From positions 4,588,001-4,652,000 of the forward strand of contig CP089274.1 of assembly GCA_023920165.1 (NCBI GenBank): DNA of 64,000 nucleotides, in the 5' to 3' direction. This DNA comes from Curvularia clavata. Its lineage: Eukaryota. Both the position numbers and the translations under genes were made by a program. The notes under the pieces are model-generated. The model saw nothing but the letters and a program-made list of their open reading frames with translations. It had not been told where the DNA came from and ran no database searches. Positions 52,602 to 64,000 of the stretch are shown here, one piece after another (the first letter of the stretch is position 1; each line of letters opens with the position of its first letter).

Positions 52602-53689
52602 ATGAATGTCACCCAATGCCTTTGGCTATCACAATAGCCATGCATATGACAACCCACCAGCAGCAGCTCGACTCATTACAGCCTGCGTGTGCCTTTTTTT
52701 TCCTGGACAAGTTCGTACTCTGCACCGTAATCCTTTTCCTTTGTGTCACTTAAAGGCCGGGAAGGTTGGGAGGGAGGGGAATGTAATACCACTGTATCCG
52801 TTCTAGTCTGGCTACTAGACGTTCGAGCGACCTGGTTTTGGTTTTGTCTCTTTTTTTTCTTGATTCAGTTAAAGGAGACGAGACGATAGGTTCAATGTCC
52901 TGTCCTGTAGCCAATATATGTATGTTTTGATGAGTTTACTGAAACTCCTTTCTCTAAAACTTGACTTGACTTGAATTTACTTGAACACAGCTAATCACTT
53001 ATGCTACAATTCTCTCATTTCTTTTTCTTCGCGCTTCTTCATCTCAGTTGCTTGGGGTCTCCCAGATACTTGAGGCGACTAGTAAGACGGCCTGAAACGC
53101 CTCACCGGACCCTGACGATTTCTACCCCGCATAAAAAGAAAGTAAACAGAAAACAAGGGCGCAACAGTACTGTAAACAAAAACAAAACACGTACCCCTCC
53201 AACCCCTCACTTGGCAAGGTGATACAGAATGAAAATAAACATCGCTGTTTTTCTTCAACAAAGAATATGTGGACGAGTTTTCCAGCCTAGGATGGTAGTT
53301 CTCCAAGTTACATGCTGTTGGTACTGATAGCTGCAACTACGTTAAGATACCCCATCAAGGTTTACGGACAAGTCTGTTCGTTCTGAGACAGACAGAATAA
53401 CTAATCTCAATACAACAAAGTCATATTCATGCACTTCACAACACAGCACAGATTCGAGTATGATAATTGATTACAGCATCTTTTCGCTAACAAGAAGTTC
53501 AAAGAGAATGGTGCCGTTGCCCGTGACCATGCTTTGTCGCGAGAATCAAGACTACCCACTCCCGCACTAATGCATCCCATCAGACACGACCCAATTGCTC
53601 AAAGCACGAATCGAATTGATATGTATCCATGTTGGCCACCTTTTTCAATGTTCCAACAACGCCCGGGAGGGATGCTAGTCTTGGCCACC

Positions 53690-55259
53690 CTACTCCTCGG
53701 CCTCGAGAGGAGCCTCCTCGTCGTACTCCTCCTCACCCTCGGAGACGGAAGCCTCCTGGTACTGCTGGTACTCGGAAACCAAGTCGTTCATGTTGGACTC
53801 AGCCTCAGTGAACTCCATCTCGTCCATACCCTCACCAGTGTACCAATGCAAGAAAGCCTTGCGCCTGAACATGGCAGTGAACTGGTCACCGACACGCTTG
53901 AAGAGCTCCTGGATGGAGGTCGAGTTACCGACAAAGGTGGAGGACATCTTCAGGCCACGAGGAGGAATGGAGCAGAGGGCGGTCTGGACGTTGTTGGGGA
54001 TCCACTCAACGAAGTAAGAGGAGTTCTTGTTCTGGACGTTGCGCATCTGGTCCTCAACCTCCTTCATGGAGACCTTACCGCGGAAGTAGGCAGAGCAGGT
54101 CAGGTAGCGACCGTTGCGGAAGTCGGAGGCAGCCATCATGTTCTTGGGGTCGAACATTTGCTGGGTGAGCTCGGGAACAGTGACGGCGCGGAAGGAGTGG
54201 GCGCCACGGCTGGTAAGAGGAGCGAAACCAACCATGAAGAAGTGGAGACGAGGGAAGGGAACCATGTTGACGGCCAGCTTCCTCAGATCAGAGTTGAGCT
54301 GACCAGGGAAACGCAGGCAGGTGGTGACACCCGACATGACGGCGGAGACGAGGTGGTTCAGGTCACCGTATGAGGGGTTGTTCAGCTTGAGGGTCCTCAT
54401 GCAAATGTCGTAGAGAGCCTCGTTGTCAATGCAGAAGGTCTCGTCAGAGTTCTCAACCAGCTGGTGGATGGAGAGTGTGGCGTTGTAGGGCTCGACGACG
54501 GTGTCGGAGACCTTGGGCGAGGGCACAACCGAGTAGGTGGCCATCATGCGGTCGGGGAACTCCTCACGGATCTTGGAGATGAGGAGCGTACCCATACCGG
54601 CACCAGTACCACCACCAAGGGAGTGGGTGATCTGGAAACCCTGGAGGCAGTCGCAGCCTTCGGCCTCGCGACGGACAACGTCGAGGACCTGGTCGACGAG
54701 CTCAGCACCCTCGGTGTAGTGACCCTTTGCCCAGTTGTTACCAGCGCCGGACTGGCCGAAGACGAAGTTGTCGGGGCGGAAGAGCTGACCAAAGGGACCA
54801 GCGCGGACAGCGTCCATGGTACCGGGCTCGAGATCGACGAGGACGGCACGGGGCACGAACTTGTTGTTGGAGGCCTGCTGCATATCAGTATTGGTCTTTT
54901 GTCTGCTGTAGGCTCACCGGGTGACGTACTTCGTTGAAGTAGACGTTCATGCGCTCGAGCTGGAGGTCAGAGGTGCCGTTGTAGACACCAGAGCCGTCGA
55001 GGCCATGCTCGCCGGAAATGGTCTGCCAGAAGGCGGCACCAATTTGGTTACCCTGCAGAGACTGTTAGCAGTCGTTCTCGTGGTGTTTTCAGATAGCGGG
55101 AGACTTACGCATTGACCGGTCTGGAGGTGAACCTGCAGCAGAAAAAGGTGGTTAGCTGTGTTGCCTGCAATCTTGTGTTGTCCCTGAGTGCAGATCGCGG
55201 GGCAGGGATGCGCCACTGGTTGCACTCGAGGGGGCTCATATACGTACAATCTCACGCAT
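53690..55259 (-). CDS. TUB2: Beta-tubulin
   Basis: [17 protein letters not shown]..., GGGTGAGMG and acidic C-terminus; 3 introns. Confidence 0.99.
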
Positions 55260-55653
55260 GATGGCGGTTTGGGGTGTGGGTAGTAAGAGAAGTAAGGTAG
55301 AATGGGAGGAGCTGGGTTTGGAGCTGGGGCAATGGGCGTTGGTGGTGCTGGTGTGGAGAGCAGGAGGGAGCAGAGCGGTGTGGTTAAACACTTCAGTGGG
55401 TCTGCACAGGCCCTCGGCGCTAACGCGTTTTCATAACAACGCGTGCGACCAGGCACCAGCAAATGTAAACTGTACACAAGACATGGCATAACGCTCACCA
55501 ACGCCAAGCTTCGTATACATCTTGTGCAATGCATTTACTCTATTGCTCTCCTTTCTATCATCATTTCTCCTGAAATCTATTGCTTCCGCCGGTCGACTTT
55601 TCGCAGCGCCACGGCAGCATACCGTGCTGCGGGCCCGTGAACTAATCCCTCTT

Positions 55654-56792
55654 TCACAACCCTTTCTTTGCCGCTGCATTAGTACGGCCGTTAGTTGCCA
55701 CGCCCTTTCTCCTGACCACCACCGGCATCGTCCACAGGTTTGGCCACAGCAGCTCGTACTCATCCTGTCTATAGTTGAGACAGTGTCGCAGCCAGATGCC
55801 CCACACAATGTAGAAGTAGGCTCCTACGCCTGTCATGAGATGCCTGTCTTTCTTTGAGCTTTTACCACGCACCACGCCTAACACATGTACTCACCACCAT
55901 CCGTGCCCTTCGAGAACGAAGCCCCAGGGCATGCCGATTCTCCTGCGCCACTGGATCAGCCGCGAGCAATGCTCGTTGTCAAGATTCCAGATGGCAAAAC
56001 CGCCCAAGAAAATGCTTAGACCAAATGCAATCATCTTCCACATGGTACTGAGAATCTTTGCATCCCGCTGATCCTCCTGCTCTCGCTCGGTCTTTGCACC
56101 GCTCTGCAAACGTGGATTCGCTTCATCTCGCTCCTGGGAGCGGAAACCCGGCCGGATGTTGACCTCCATCACATAGATGGCGCGAAACAGCACAATCGCC
56201 GTGAGGATACCGTACGCAACCTGGTGAAAGACTGGGTCTTGCAGGTAGTGGTAGTAGAGCGTGATGAAGACTGCAAGGGATGCCAGGAATATGGCCAGGA
56301 CTGTGGCGTACTGTCGCGACTTTCCATACGAGAACGTCGCAAAGTTCATCAGACACGTTGTGTAAATCATCGAGAGCTCATCGACAAGCTGCCAGGGGTC
56401 TGCTCTGCATCAGGGTTGGGTTCATATTTTTCTCCTATGCTGCTAGACGTACACTTCAATGTCGCGTGAAAGCAAAAGCTGCCGCTCCCGACAAGAAGAT
56501 AGCCAACAAAAGCAACAAGAAAGACTGTATCGTGTTCGTTCTTCAAGCAGTTGCGTATGCCCTTGGCAGCCAGGTACATGAACAATATGTTGGTGAAGGA
56601 ATTCACCATCTCCGCCACGTAGTGGGTGACGACATAGTTCTTGCAGGGTTAGGAACACGCTCTGCCCAATGTACCGCAGCTGCATCGACACACCTCTTCA
56701 CACCAGTCTATCGTGCTACTGATAGGCGAAAAGCAGCCCTCCTGCTCGGGTGGATAAGGTATCGACAGTAGATAGGAAAGTAAACCAAACAT
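55654..56792 (-). CDS. Alkaline ceramidase (Ypc1/Ydc1 family)
   Basis: IDWCEENY, GSFCFHATLK, QLVDELSMIY and LEGHGWWH, with a KKxx tail; 3 introns. Confidence 0.92.
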
Positions 56793-57342
56793 GACGACTG
56801 GTTAAAACTGAGGAAAGAGGTAAAGATGCTAAAGGTGCGCAAAACGTGCATGGATTGCTCTAGGGTGATGACAAAGGTAGGTACCGGGCAAACAAGAATG
56901 CTGCGTTGGTTGAATCGGGTCCAAACGCGCCTGATGACATCCGAGGACTCCGCAATAGCCAAAGAACTGTGTTGTTGTCCGAAACACGTGGGGTAGAACA
57001 AGCCTTTCGACTTGAGCACCGCGCCCTGCAGCTCAGTGCGATTTGGAAATGGCACTTTAGTCACTATCTCATTGCCTATAGTATAGTCTCTGAGAAGTAC
57101 CCAGTAAGAAAAGAAATGGATAGTGGCAGACGCAACGTTTCTCACCAGCTACTGTGTGCCGTGTTATTCTATCAAGAGCGCCATCTGTATTTGTCTCAAC
57201 TACAGAGTACACAATGCTCCTGTTTCCTTTCTCTGCGACAGTCAGACCCTTGAAGCCATAGCCAATTTAGTTGTTTAGGAAGTTGCGCCCAGCTTGCACA
57301 TGATCTCCACGTGACTTGGGCAAAAAGATCAAAAAGTCAAAA

Positions 57343-57461
57343 ACATACGACAGTGGGGATTCGCCAGTGGTCACCCACCTGACTACTAGTCCACCGGTCT
57401 CGAGCTTAAGTATGATTGATCGAACGGGGAATCCTGCTTCCTCGAGCCTATGGTCGTATGT
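57343..57461 (-). rRNA. 5S rRNA (dispersed copy)
   Basis: 119 nt ACATACGACCATAGG...TAGTAGTCAGGTGGGTGACCACTGGCGAATCCCCACTGTCGTATGT, followed by T-runs; ATATAAAT at -27 to -20. Confidence 0.95.
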
Positions 57462-57628
57462 ACGAGGAATTGAGATTTTGATTTATATGAATGTATTTTA
57501 TTTGACAGAGCCGTTTTGAAGCCGGCGTTGAGTATTGGAACACCGACAAGGGCCGAACCGAGAAAGCACGACCACCAGCACCTACTCCAGCCTGTGCCTG
57601 GGCATCGTCAAATCACACGCTCGCCACC

Positions 57629-58122
57629 ATGTCTATGCCAAACGAGGCTTTGCAGAAGGTGCGTCAGACCTGGTGCATTAATCCAAGCAGCGCGGTTGGG
57701 TCTGATAAAAAATCAGGTCCTGCAAGAGATCAGCCAGAAGAAGGCCTTCGCCGAACAACAACTCGTCATTGTCAAACAGCAAAAGGCGGCGCGGGCGCGC
57801 GAGAGCCGCATGCTGCAGCTGACGTCGTCTGAAGTGTCTTCACTGCCCGCCGACACCAAGGTGTACGAGGGCGTTGGAAAAATGTAAGTCACATGCGCTT
57901 TGACTTGCGTCGTAACTGCGGGGACACGCGATAGGAGAGAGGAGATTGACGCCTCGCAGGTTCGTCTGCACACCGATCCCAGATGTGCAGAAGAGGTTGA
58001 AAGAGGAGAGTGAGGCCTTGACCAAGGAGATGGCCAACTTGGATAAGAAGGAGGATTACCTGGAGAAGACATATGCGAACAGCAAGAGCAGTCTGGAACA
58101 GGTGCTCAAGGGTGCGGCTTGA
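57629..58122 (+). CDS. PFD1: Prefoldin subunit 1
   Basis: MSMPNEALQK|VLQEI...TKVYEGVGKM|FV...YLEKT; 2 introns. Confidence 0.9.
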
Positions 58123-58375
58123 GCATTTTCATGAATTGCAGCGAATGCAGACTGGGTAGCCTAGAGTATGGGAGAGACCAAGATCTAGCAATGGCAGTGT
58201 GTTGATATACCTGCTGCAACGCAAACCGCTACAAGAAGCCTTGTCAAGGAGCAAACAACCTGAACTGAAAAATCCACGGCACATCTGAATGCACAACAGT
58301 CTATTCAGTGAGACAAACGTCCAACACCAGCAATGCATTCAGTCTATTTTAAGCTTTTTTGACTCGTCTGACCCT

Positions 58376-60022
58376 CTACCGCATCCTGACGAGCATGCTC
58401 TCTACCCCCTCGATATACTTTCTAACCTCTTCCGCCGCCCTTGCAACGTATGCTCCATCTACAACCCTGTGATCCGCACTCCAGCTAAATACGCACTCCT
58501 CCCGCTTTATCAGCTCCCCGTTCTCTCCAAACGCAGGCACCACCTTGGCTTTGCCAATACCCACTATGCCCACTTGTGGTCCTACAATAACAGGCGCCAC
58601 GGTACCTCCGCCAATGCTACCAATGTTACTGACGGTAAAGGTTGCGCCGGTGAGATCGGCAGATGTGAGTTTGCCAGAGCGAGCAAGGCTGCTCAGGCGC
58701 TGAATCTCCTGTGCCAACGAAGCAATGCTGTGGTTTTGTACATTTTTGATTACAGGCACAAGCAGCCCAGACGGCGAGTCAACAGCCACCCCAATGTTGT
58801 GGCTCCCCTTCAGCACCATCTGGGGCTTTTCTGGGTTGGTAGTTGTGTCTAGGTGAGAGTTGAGCAGGGGAAACTGCTGGAAAGCCAGGGAAATTGCTTT
58901 AATGATGACCGGCAGTGGTGTGATTCGATCCGGCTTTTCGCGGCCAGTGTTGTATTTTTTGCGAAGCGACGTGAGCGAACTGAAATCCACAGTGTCTGTG
59001 TACAAGAAATGCGGTATTGACAGCGACTTGGTCATTTGCTTGAACATGCCAGCCTGAACCGGTGTGAGTGGCTTGACCTGGTCTTCCAACTGTTGGGTTG
59101 GCACAGATGTAGGTACGGATGGTGTGCGTGGTGCGCTCGCGGTCTGTTTGGCAGACTCGAGGTATCGTTGGACATCGTCTTTGAGCACACGGCCGTCTCT
59201 TCCTGTGCCTTCTATGTCTTCTATGTTGAGTTTGTGTTCCTTGATCATGTGTCGTACTGCTGGTGTGGCTAGCGACGCATGTTTACCCGGTTGCCGCGGT
59301 GTTGGTGGCTCCACTCGAGATGTCTCTGATATTTGAGTGTCGTTCTGACCAGCCGGTACGTCTCCAGTAACGGCTTTTGTATCGTTGCGCCCAACTTCAA
59401 TACCCTGTTCTGTTGTCTTCGCTGGTTCTTGTTCGGGTTGTTTGCCTGATCCTCCGTTGAGCAGGGCTTCATCGGCAGCGGAGATCTCGCTCTGGATGTC
59501 AATGTCTACCAAAGGCTGCAAAAGTCAGCTTGAATGTGCGACATCTTGTGTGGAGCAAGACTACCTTCCCAACCTTAGCCATGTCATCTGGCTCATAGTA
59601 CAGCTTCTTGATAACGCCATCGAATCGCGAGGTAATCTGCTTGTGTTAGCAGTTGCTTGCGCATATATTGAACAGTATCTACCTCTACGGATGCTTTATC
59701 CGATTGCACCTCGCAAATGGGGTCGAATTGCTCAACGCGTGCACCAGGCTTGACGAACCACTGAATGACCTGGCATTCTGTGATACCTAGACGCAGTATG
59801 CTTAGCTTTGGCCAATACATATTTCCCCTCTGCATATTCACCTTCTCCAATATCTGCCAAAAGGTATGGCTTGACCACCAAGAGTTTCCTCGTTTCCCCA
59901 AACCCTCGTCTCTGATCGAATATGCGGCTGTTTGCACTCCGCCGTCCAGCAATTGACGTCCGCGGCGCGAGGCTTGGCCGGGAGAAAATGCGCGAGGCTT
60001 CTCTGCTTGCAAACGACTTCAT
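58376..60022 (-). CDS. Branched-chain alpha-keto acid dehydrogenase E2 (dihydrolipoyl transacylase)
   Basis: LADIGEGITEC and lipoyl motif EVQSDKASVE, E3-binding ATPAVR..GTGRDGRVLKDD, catalytic ADHRVVDGA; 3 introns. Confidence 0.93.
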
Positions 60023-61007
60023 GGCGGGTGGGTTGTGTCTTCAGGACCTCTCAGCGGAAAAAACATATCCAAGTACTGCCGCCGAGGTGTGGTAATTGTG
60101 AAGGCTCAAAGCCGATGGTTACCGGCCTCGGTCACGACCGATGACACAAGCGGAAGCTGGGGAACCGCTCCAGACACATCAGGCATAGCGGCCCGCGGGT
60201 TAAGAAAACATGGATCCACCCCACAGTTTCGCTGGAGCCTTTGGTACTGTTCCTTGTTTGAACCATTGATCATCGACAGGTTTGAACACGGTCTGTTCGT
60301 ATGGGGCAATATTATTGTGCCATGTTGACTATCTGGCCCGTCGGGAATTTAGGTTTCAATACTAAGGGTTCTATAGGTCACATGACTACACTGTTTACCA
60401 AACATAATACCATTATGCTCTCATCTAGGCTTTAATATATATGCTGTTTGCACGCTCAAGTCTGAGGTCAACGCGTTTATCGACAGCAATGGATTCAGTG
60501 GTGAGCTTGGGCTACCCTCAGGCTAGTGCTGTGTGGTGAAATTATGGGCAAGAAGCGCTTTAGTGAACGCGCCTACCAGTCACTGTTCAAGACGGCTGGC
60601 TTTACTTCAACATCAAACACTTCGTGCTGGATTCGAGAACTGGTACTAGAATATTGACTAGAGACGGGAACTTTGAAGCTGAAGGTCTAGATTGGAACAC
60701 GACTTTGAGGTGAGGGCACTGTCAGATCCTGAACTACCTTACCGGTATCTACGACCGCAACAGTGGAATGCAACTTTCAAGATATACTGGATCATTACTG
60801 ACCTAAATTTGGCGGAACAAGGCTCATGACTCGAAATGCTGTTTGTCCATATTGTTTCGGAGATGACGTTGGAGCGTGGAGATCGAGCGCACGAGCCTTC
60901 GTGATGCGCGCGACTCCCGTTACGCGTTTGCGGAGGAAGCCTATCCATCCCACTTCGAGAATTATTGGCCGCATCCCACAGCCTACGAACAGCCATGCGC
61001 AGTTCCA

Positions 61008-63707
61008 ATGTCCACATATGCATTGCAAACAAAGACAATGCTGCAACCCGTTTCAGACACGTCAAGTCAACTGCTGCGAATAGCCGCCAGACCTGAAGAG
61101 CCCAAGATCCAGCTGCCCTCGAGACTGACGAGAGACTCTCTATGCGGTCTCGGAACTTTCAATAAGCCTTTCACAATTCGGCCGTACCCCGCGTCATCAC
61201 ATACCAGTCCCCTGACCCTCAAACCCGTCCGTGTGATTCGGCGCTCTCAACTGCCTCTCACGCTCCTTGACCCATCCACCGACGACCACTTTGCTTCAAA
61301 CAGCCTCTTTGTCGCTCAAATCGATATTCTGGAGGACAATGGGTTGGACAGGGAAGATGATGGGGCCTCCAGAGTGCTCGTCGCACAGCTGGAGGCGAAG
61401 AAAAATCTTTATGCTATAGAACGGGTACACACTCGCATCTACAGCATCCACAAGCTTGCTAGTTGGTTAAAGGAAAAGGACGTGGCCGACCTATGGGATC
61501 CGGGAAATCTGCACAAACTACCGATAAGACCCAGGATGGATACAAGTGCAGGCAAAGCTGGAAAGTGGTGGCAACATGCTGCAGTAGAGACGCAGGCTAT
61601 GGAACCCTTAATACGACCTACAAAAATGGGTATGCTGCGAACGAAGCTGCCACAGATGTCTGGCATCATGGAGCCTGAGCAACTGGGAGGGTACCCAGCA
61701 TTGCAACGCTTAGACAATCTGGATGTCATACCAACAGAGCCCTCGCTTGAACCGCAGCCGATACAACTGTCGCCACAAGAACAGCTTGATTCACTGGTTC
61801 ACCAATACTTGGATGCCATCTACATGTCGAAAACATCACTTGCGTATTTTGCAAAAGGGCCACTCACTCGAATACGCAATGCCTTCACCTTGGCTGAAGA
61901 AGGCGCACCGCCCACCTGCGAGCTTATCGCGTCCCTGCGAGCCATGCTACTGAGTCCGAAGGCCAGCGAGAAAAAGTACTATGAAAAGCTACCGTCGCTG
62001 ATCAAAGGCATGGCGCCGGGTAGCTATTCGGATGACGAGGCCAATGCGGGGACTAGCAAGCCGAAAAAGTCAAAGAAGAAAATCAAGCTTAGTCGGGAAG
62101 GTGTATACCCGCAGGAAGAAGTCTTAGTCAAGAAATGGTGGCAGTCCGAATTGCCTGGTGGCGACGCCATGGCTGCAGAGACTATTGACCAACGCATTAA
62201 GAGGCGGATTGGCGACTTGCGAGTTCGCGAGACCCTGGCACAACTAATACTCATGCTCGAGATCATCGCACTTGAAGCAATGTCAACGAGCAAAGCGGCT
62301 GGTCAGCAGCCTGTAAAAGAAGAGGACCAGGACCAAAGCGAGCAGCCCCCACTGAAGAAGCGCAAGAAGAAACTCGAGGATATCAACGTACAACTGGATC
62401 TAGTACTGGATAAACTTTGCATATGGCATGCCACCGAGGAGTTGGGCATTCTAGATTTCGATACTAAGCCATCACAGCATAACGAAGGATTGGATGGAGA
62501 CGGTCGCAACCGATCCAGCGATCGCCTACACAGCTTCTGCGTGGAAGTCATCATACCTTTCTACATCAACCGACTTCCCGAGCAGGCGCTGATGGTCAAC
62601 AAGAAGCTTGGTGGACCAGCACACAGCTTGCCCTCTAAACGAAAGGCGAACAAGCCGCCCATCACCTCACATAGGTCAAGAGATTCTAAAGAACCCGACG
62701 CAAAGAAATCACGGCGGTCATTAGCACGAGTCGCCACAGACAGCACTGGGAAGACGGTTGAGCGGATAACACCATCCCTGGGCCGATCAGCCACAGACTC
62801 AGTACTAGTAGAAGGCATCAAAAGAGAAGCAAGCGAGACTCCTCTGTCTGCGATTCCTTTCCGTCGCAGTCCTTCCAAGGGTGCAAGACAATCCATGTCC
62901 CAGATCCGACATCTACAGGGGCGTCAAATTGATCTTGCGCAGCCTTCGGCGGCTGCATCAGCAAAGATGAAACAGAAGCAGCGAGTAGAGGAGGACTTGC
63001 AGGAGGCTATCCTAGCACTGAAAAAGCCAAATCGGGGACTAGCTGCTGGCAGTTATGTTACCGAGAGGGAGCAACGTGGTCTCGGGTTGCCGAGCAAGTC
63101 CAGGAAACCAACAGTCACAGTAAGGAAGACGATCAAGGATGTCCAGGTAACCGCGACACCACGGGTCAGCAGGAGGACAAAGAACGTGGTTGAACAGACG
63201 CCTGTGCAGCAGCGCCACGATCCTTTTGTTCGGTCTCCTGGGGAAGAGACACCTCACTCGAGTGCTTTTTGTGTACCATCGTCGGGCGCCCGGCCAAGAC
63301 CTACGATGTTACCTGCAACGGCCCATGCAACGGCCACAGACCTAGCACAGCCTAGCATTGCCGAGACACCATCCAAAGCGCCACAGGGCAGAACCTTTTC
63401 GTCGGAAACGGTGCGGAGGAGAATTTTTGCAACCCCGTTGAAGGCTTCAGCCCCTGATGGGCACAGCAGACTCGATGATGGGCCGTCACACGTGTTCGAG
63501 ACACCAGCCAAAGCCATCGGGAGGTCGCCGCCGCCGGCGGATGAGGCTAAGAGGGCGCCACCAGCTGCTACAACGCCCACAAAGTCGGTTCCGATCTCGA
63601 CTGGTGAGGTCGCTTTGGTAGTGCCGGAACTGGAAGACGATGGAACGGAACCGTCGATATACGAGGCATTGGGATGGAACGATGACGATGACGACGGATT
63701 TGTATAG
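61008..63707 (+). CDS. SLD3: DNA replication regulator Sld3
   Basis: LRVRETLAQLILMLEIIALE, LDLVLDKLCIWH and FCVEVIIPFY..RLP, with many C-terminal S/T-P sites. First in-frame ATG is 61008. Confidence 0.82.
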   Translation: MSTYALQTKTMLQPVSDTSSQLLRIAARPEEPKIQLPSRLTRDSLCGLGTFNKPFTIRPYPASSHTSPLTLKPVRVIRRSQLPLTLLDPSTDDHFASNSLFVAQIDILEDNGLDREDDGASRVLVAQLEAKKNLYAIERVHTRIYSIHKLASWLKEKDVADLWDPGNLHKLPIRPRMDTSAGKAGKWWQHAAVETQAMEPLIRPTKMGMLRTKLPQMSGIMEPEQLGGYPALQRLDNLDVIPTEPSLEPQPIQLSPQEQLDSLVHQYLDAIYMSKTSLAYFAKGPLTRIRNAFTLAEEGAPPTCELIASLRAMLLSPKASEKKYYEKLPSLIKGMAPGSYSDDEANAGTSKPKKSKKKIKLSREGVYPQEEVLVKKWWQSELPGGDAMAAETIDQRIKRRIGDLRVRETLAQLILMLEIIALEAMSTSKAAGQQPVKEEDQDQSEQPPLKKRKKKLEDINVQLDLVLDKLCIWHATEELGILDFDTKPSQHNEGLDGDGRNRSSDRLHSFCVEVIIPFYINRLPEQALMVNKKLGGPAHSLPSKRKANKPPITSHRSRDSKEPDAKKSRRSLARVATDSTGKTVERITPSLGRSATDSVLVEGIKREASETPLSAIPFRRSPSKGARQSMSQIRHLQGRQIDLAQPSAAASAKMKQKQRVEEDLQEAILALKKPNRGLAAGSYVTEREQRGLGLPSKSRKPTVTVRKTIKDVQVTATPRVSRRTKNVVEQTPVQQRHDPFVRSPGEETPHSSAFCVPSSGARPRPTMLPATAHATATDLAQPSIAETPSKAPQGRTFSSETVRRRIFATPLKASAPDGHSRLDDGPSHVFETPAKAIGRSPPPADEAKRAPPAATTPTKSVPISTGEVALVVPELEDDGTEPSIYEALGWNDDDDDGFV

Positions 63708-64000
63708 AAATGCATCTTGTGCGGAGTTTGTTTTTTGTCATTGCTCTGATGGTTCCTGCATTAGCGAACATGGGATGGATGATCTCTGCATAGCAGCACG
63801 GGACACCTTTGTCACGTGTATGGAGGTCTAGCGAGTCGCTGCAGGCGGCGTGGAGCTCGGCCCGAATGCGGTCCGCGTGCGCCTGGTTCTCTTTGCACGG
63901 CGGGCTAGCACTAGGCCTCTTGGAGCGCGTCACCAAGTCGAGGACAGGTCTGCGTGCGCGGCAGGATAATGATTTAGGTTGCTCATTTGGTGTTCCCTTG

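Noticed and set aside
53534..54937. 279-aa and 157-aa plus-strand ORFs
   Set aside because: Antisense shadows of beta-tubulin.
60876..61007. GTG-initiated N-terminal extension of SLD3
   Set aside because: ORF-caller alternative start; no support over ATG 61008.
63568..64000. Minus-strand open frame at the window end
   Set aside because: It is truncated, overlaps the SLD3 3' end and has no confident motif.

Overview
This is a gene-dense, intron-rich window from a filamentous ascomycete. It is probably Pleosporales, inferred from the beta-tubulin sequence and intron layout, the short GT-AG introns with CTRAY branch sites and a dispersed 5S gene. It holds about 26 spliced protein-coding genes, including RIC1, PET8, farB, a peroxisomal acyl-CoA dehydrogenase, PRP40, TRS65, SYM1, PGK1, SEM1, IML2, a PAP2 phosphatase, OPI3, SCY1, BAT1, a mitochondrial HMG protein, TUB2, a ceramidase, PFD1, BCKDH E2 and SLD3. 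It also holds two tRNA-Leu genes, one 5S rRNA gene and several decayed relics. The top observation is the tRNA-Leu(UAG) gene at 9701-9848 (-). Besides its normal anticodon-loop intron, it carries a 52-nt GTAAGT...GCTAAT...CAG insertion that looks like a spliceosomal intron. The insertion sits in the T-loop and splits the Pol III B-box, and removing it exactly restores the T-arm. Other findings are a cryptic in-frame PTS1 (SKL) behind the PGK1 stop, Tyr167 in beta-tubulin, a damaged GIY-YIG/zinc-finger pseudogene, a Helitron-like end and a 2.6-kb structured non-coding gap between convergent genes. All calls were made by eye, and exon boundaries are inferred.
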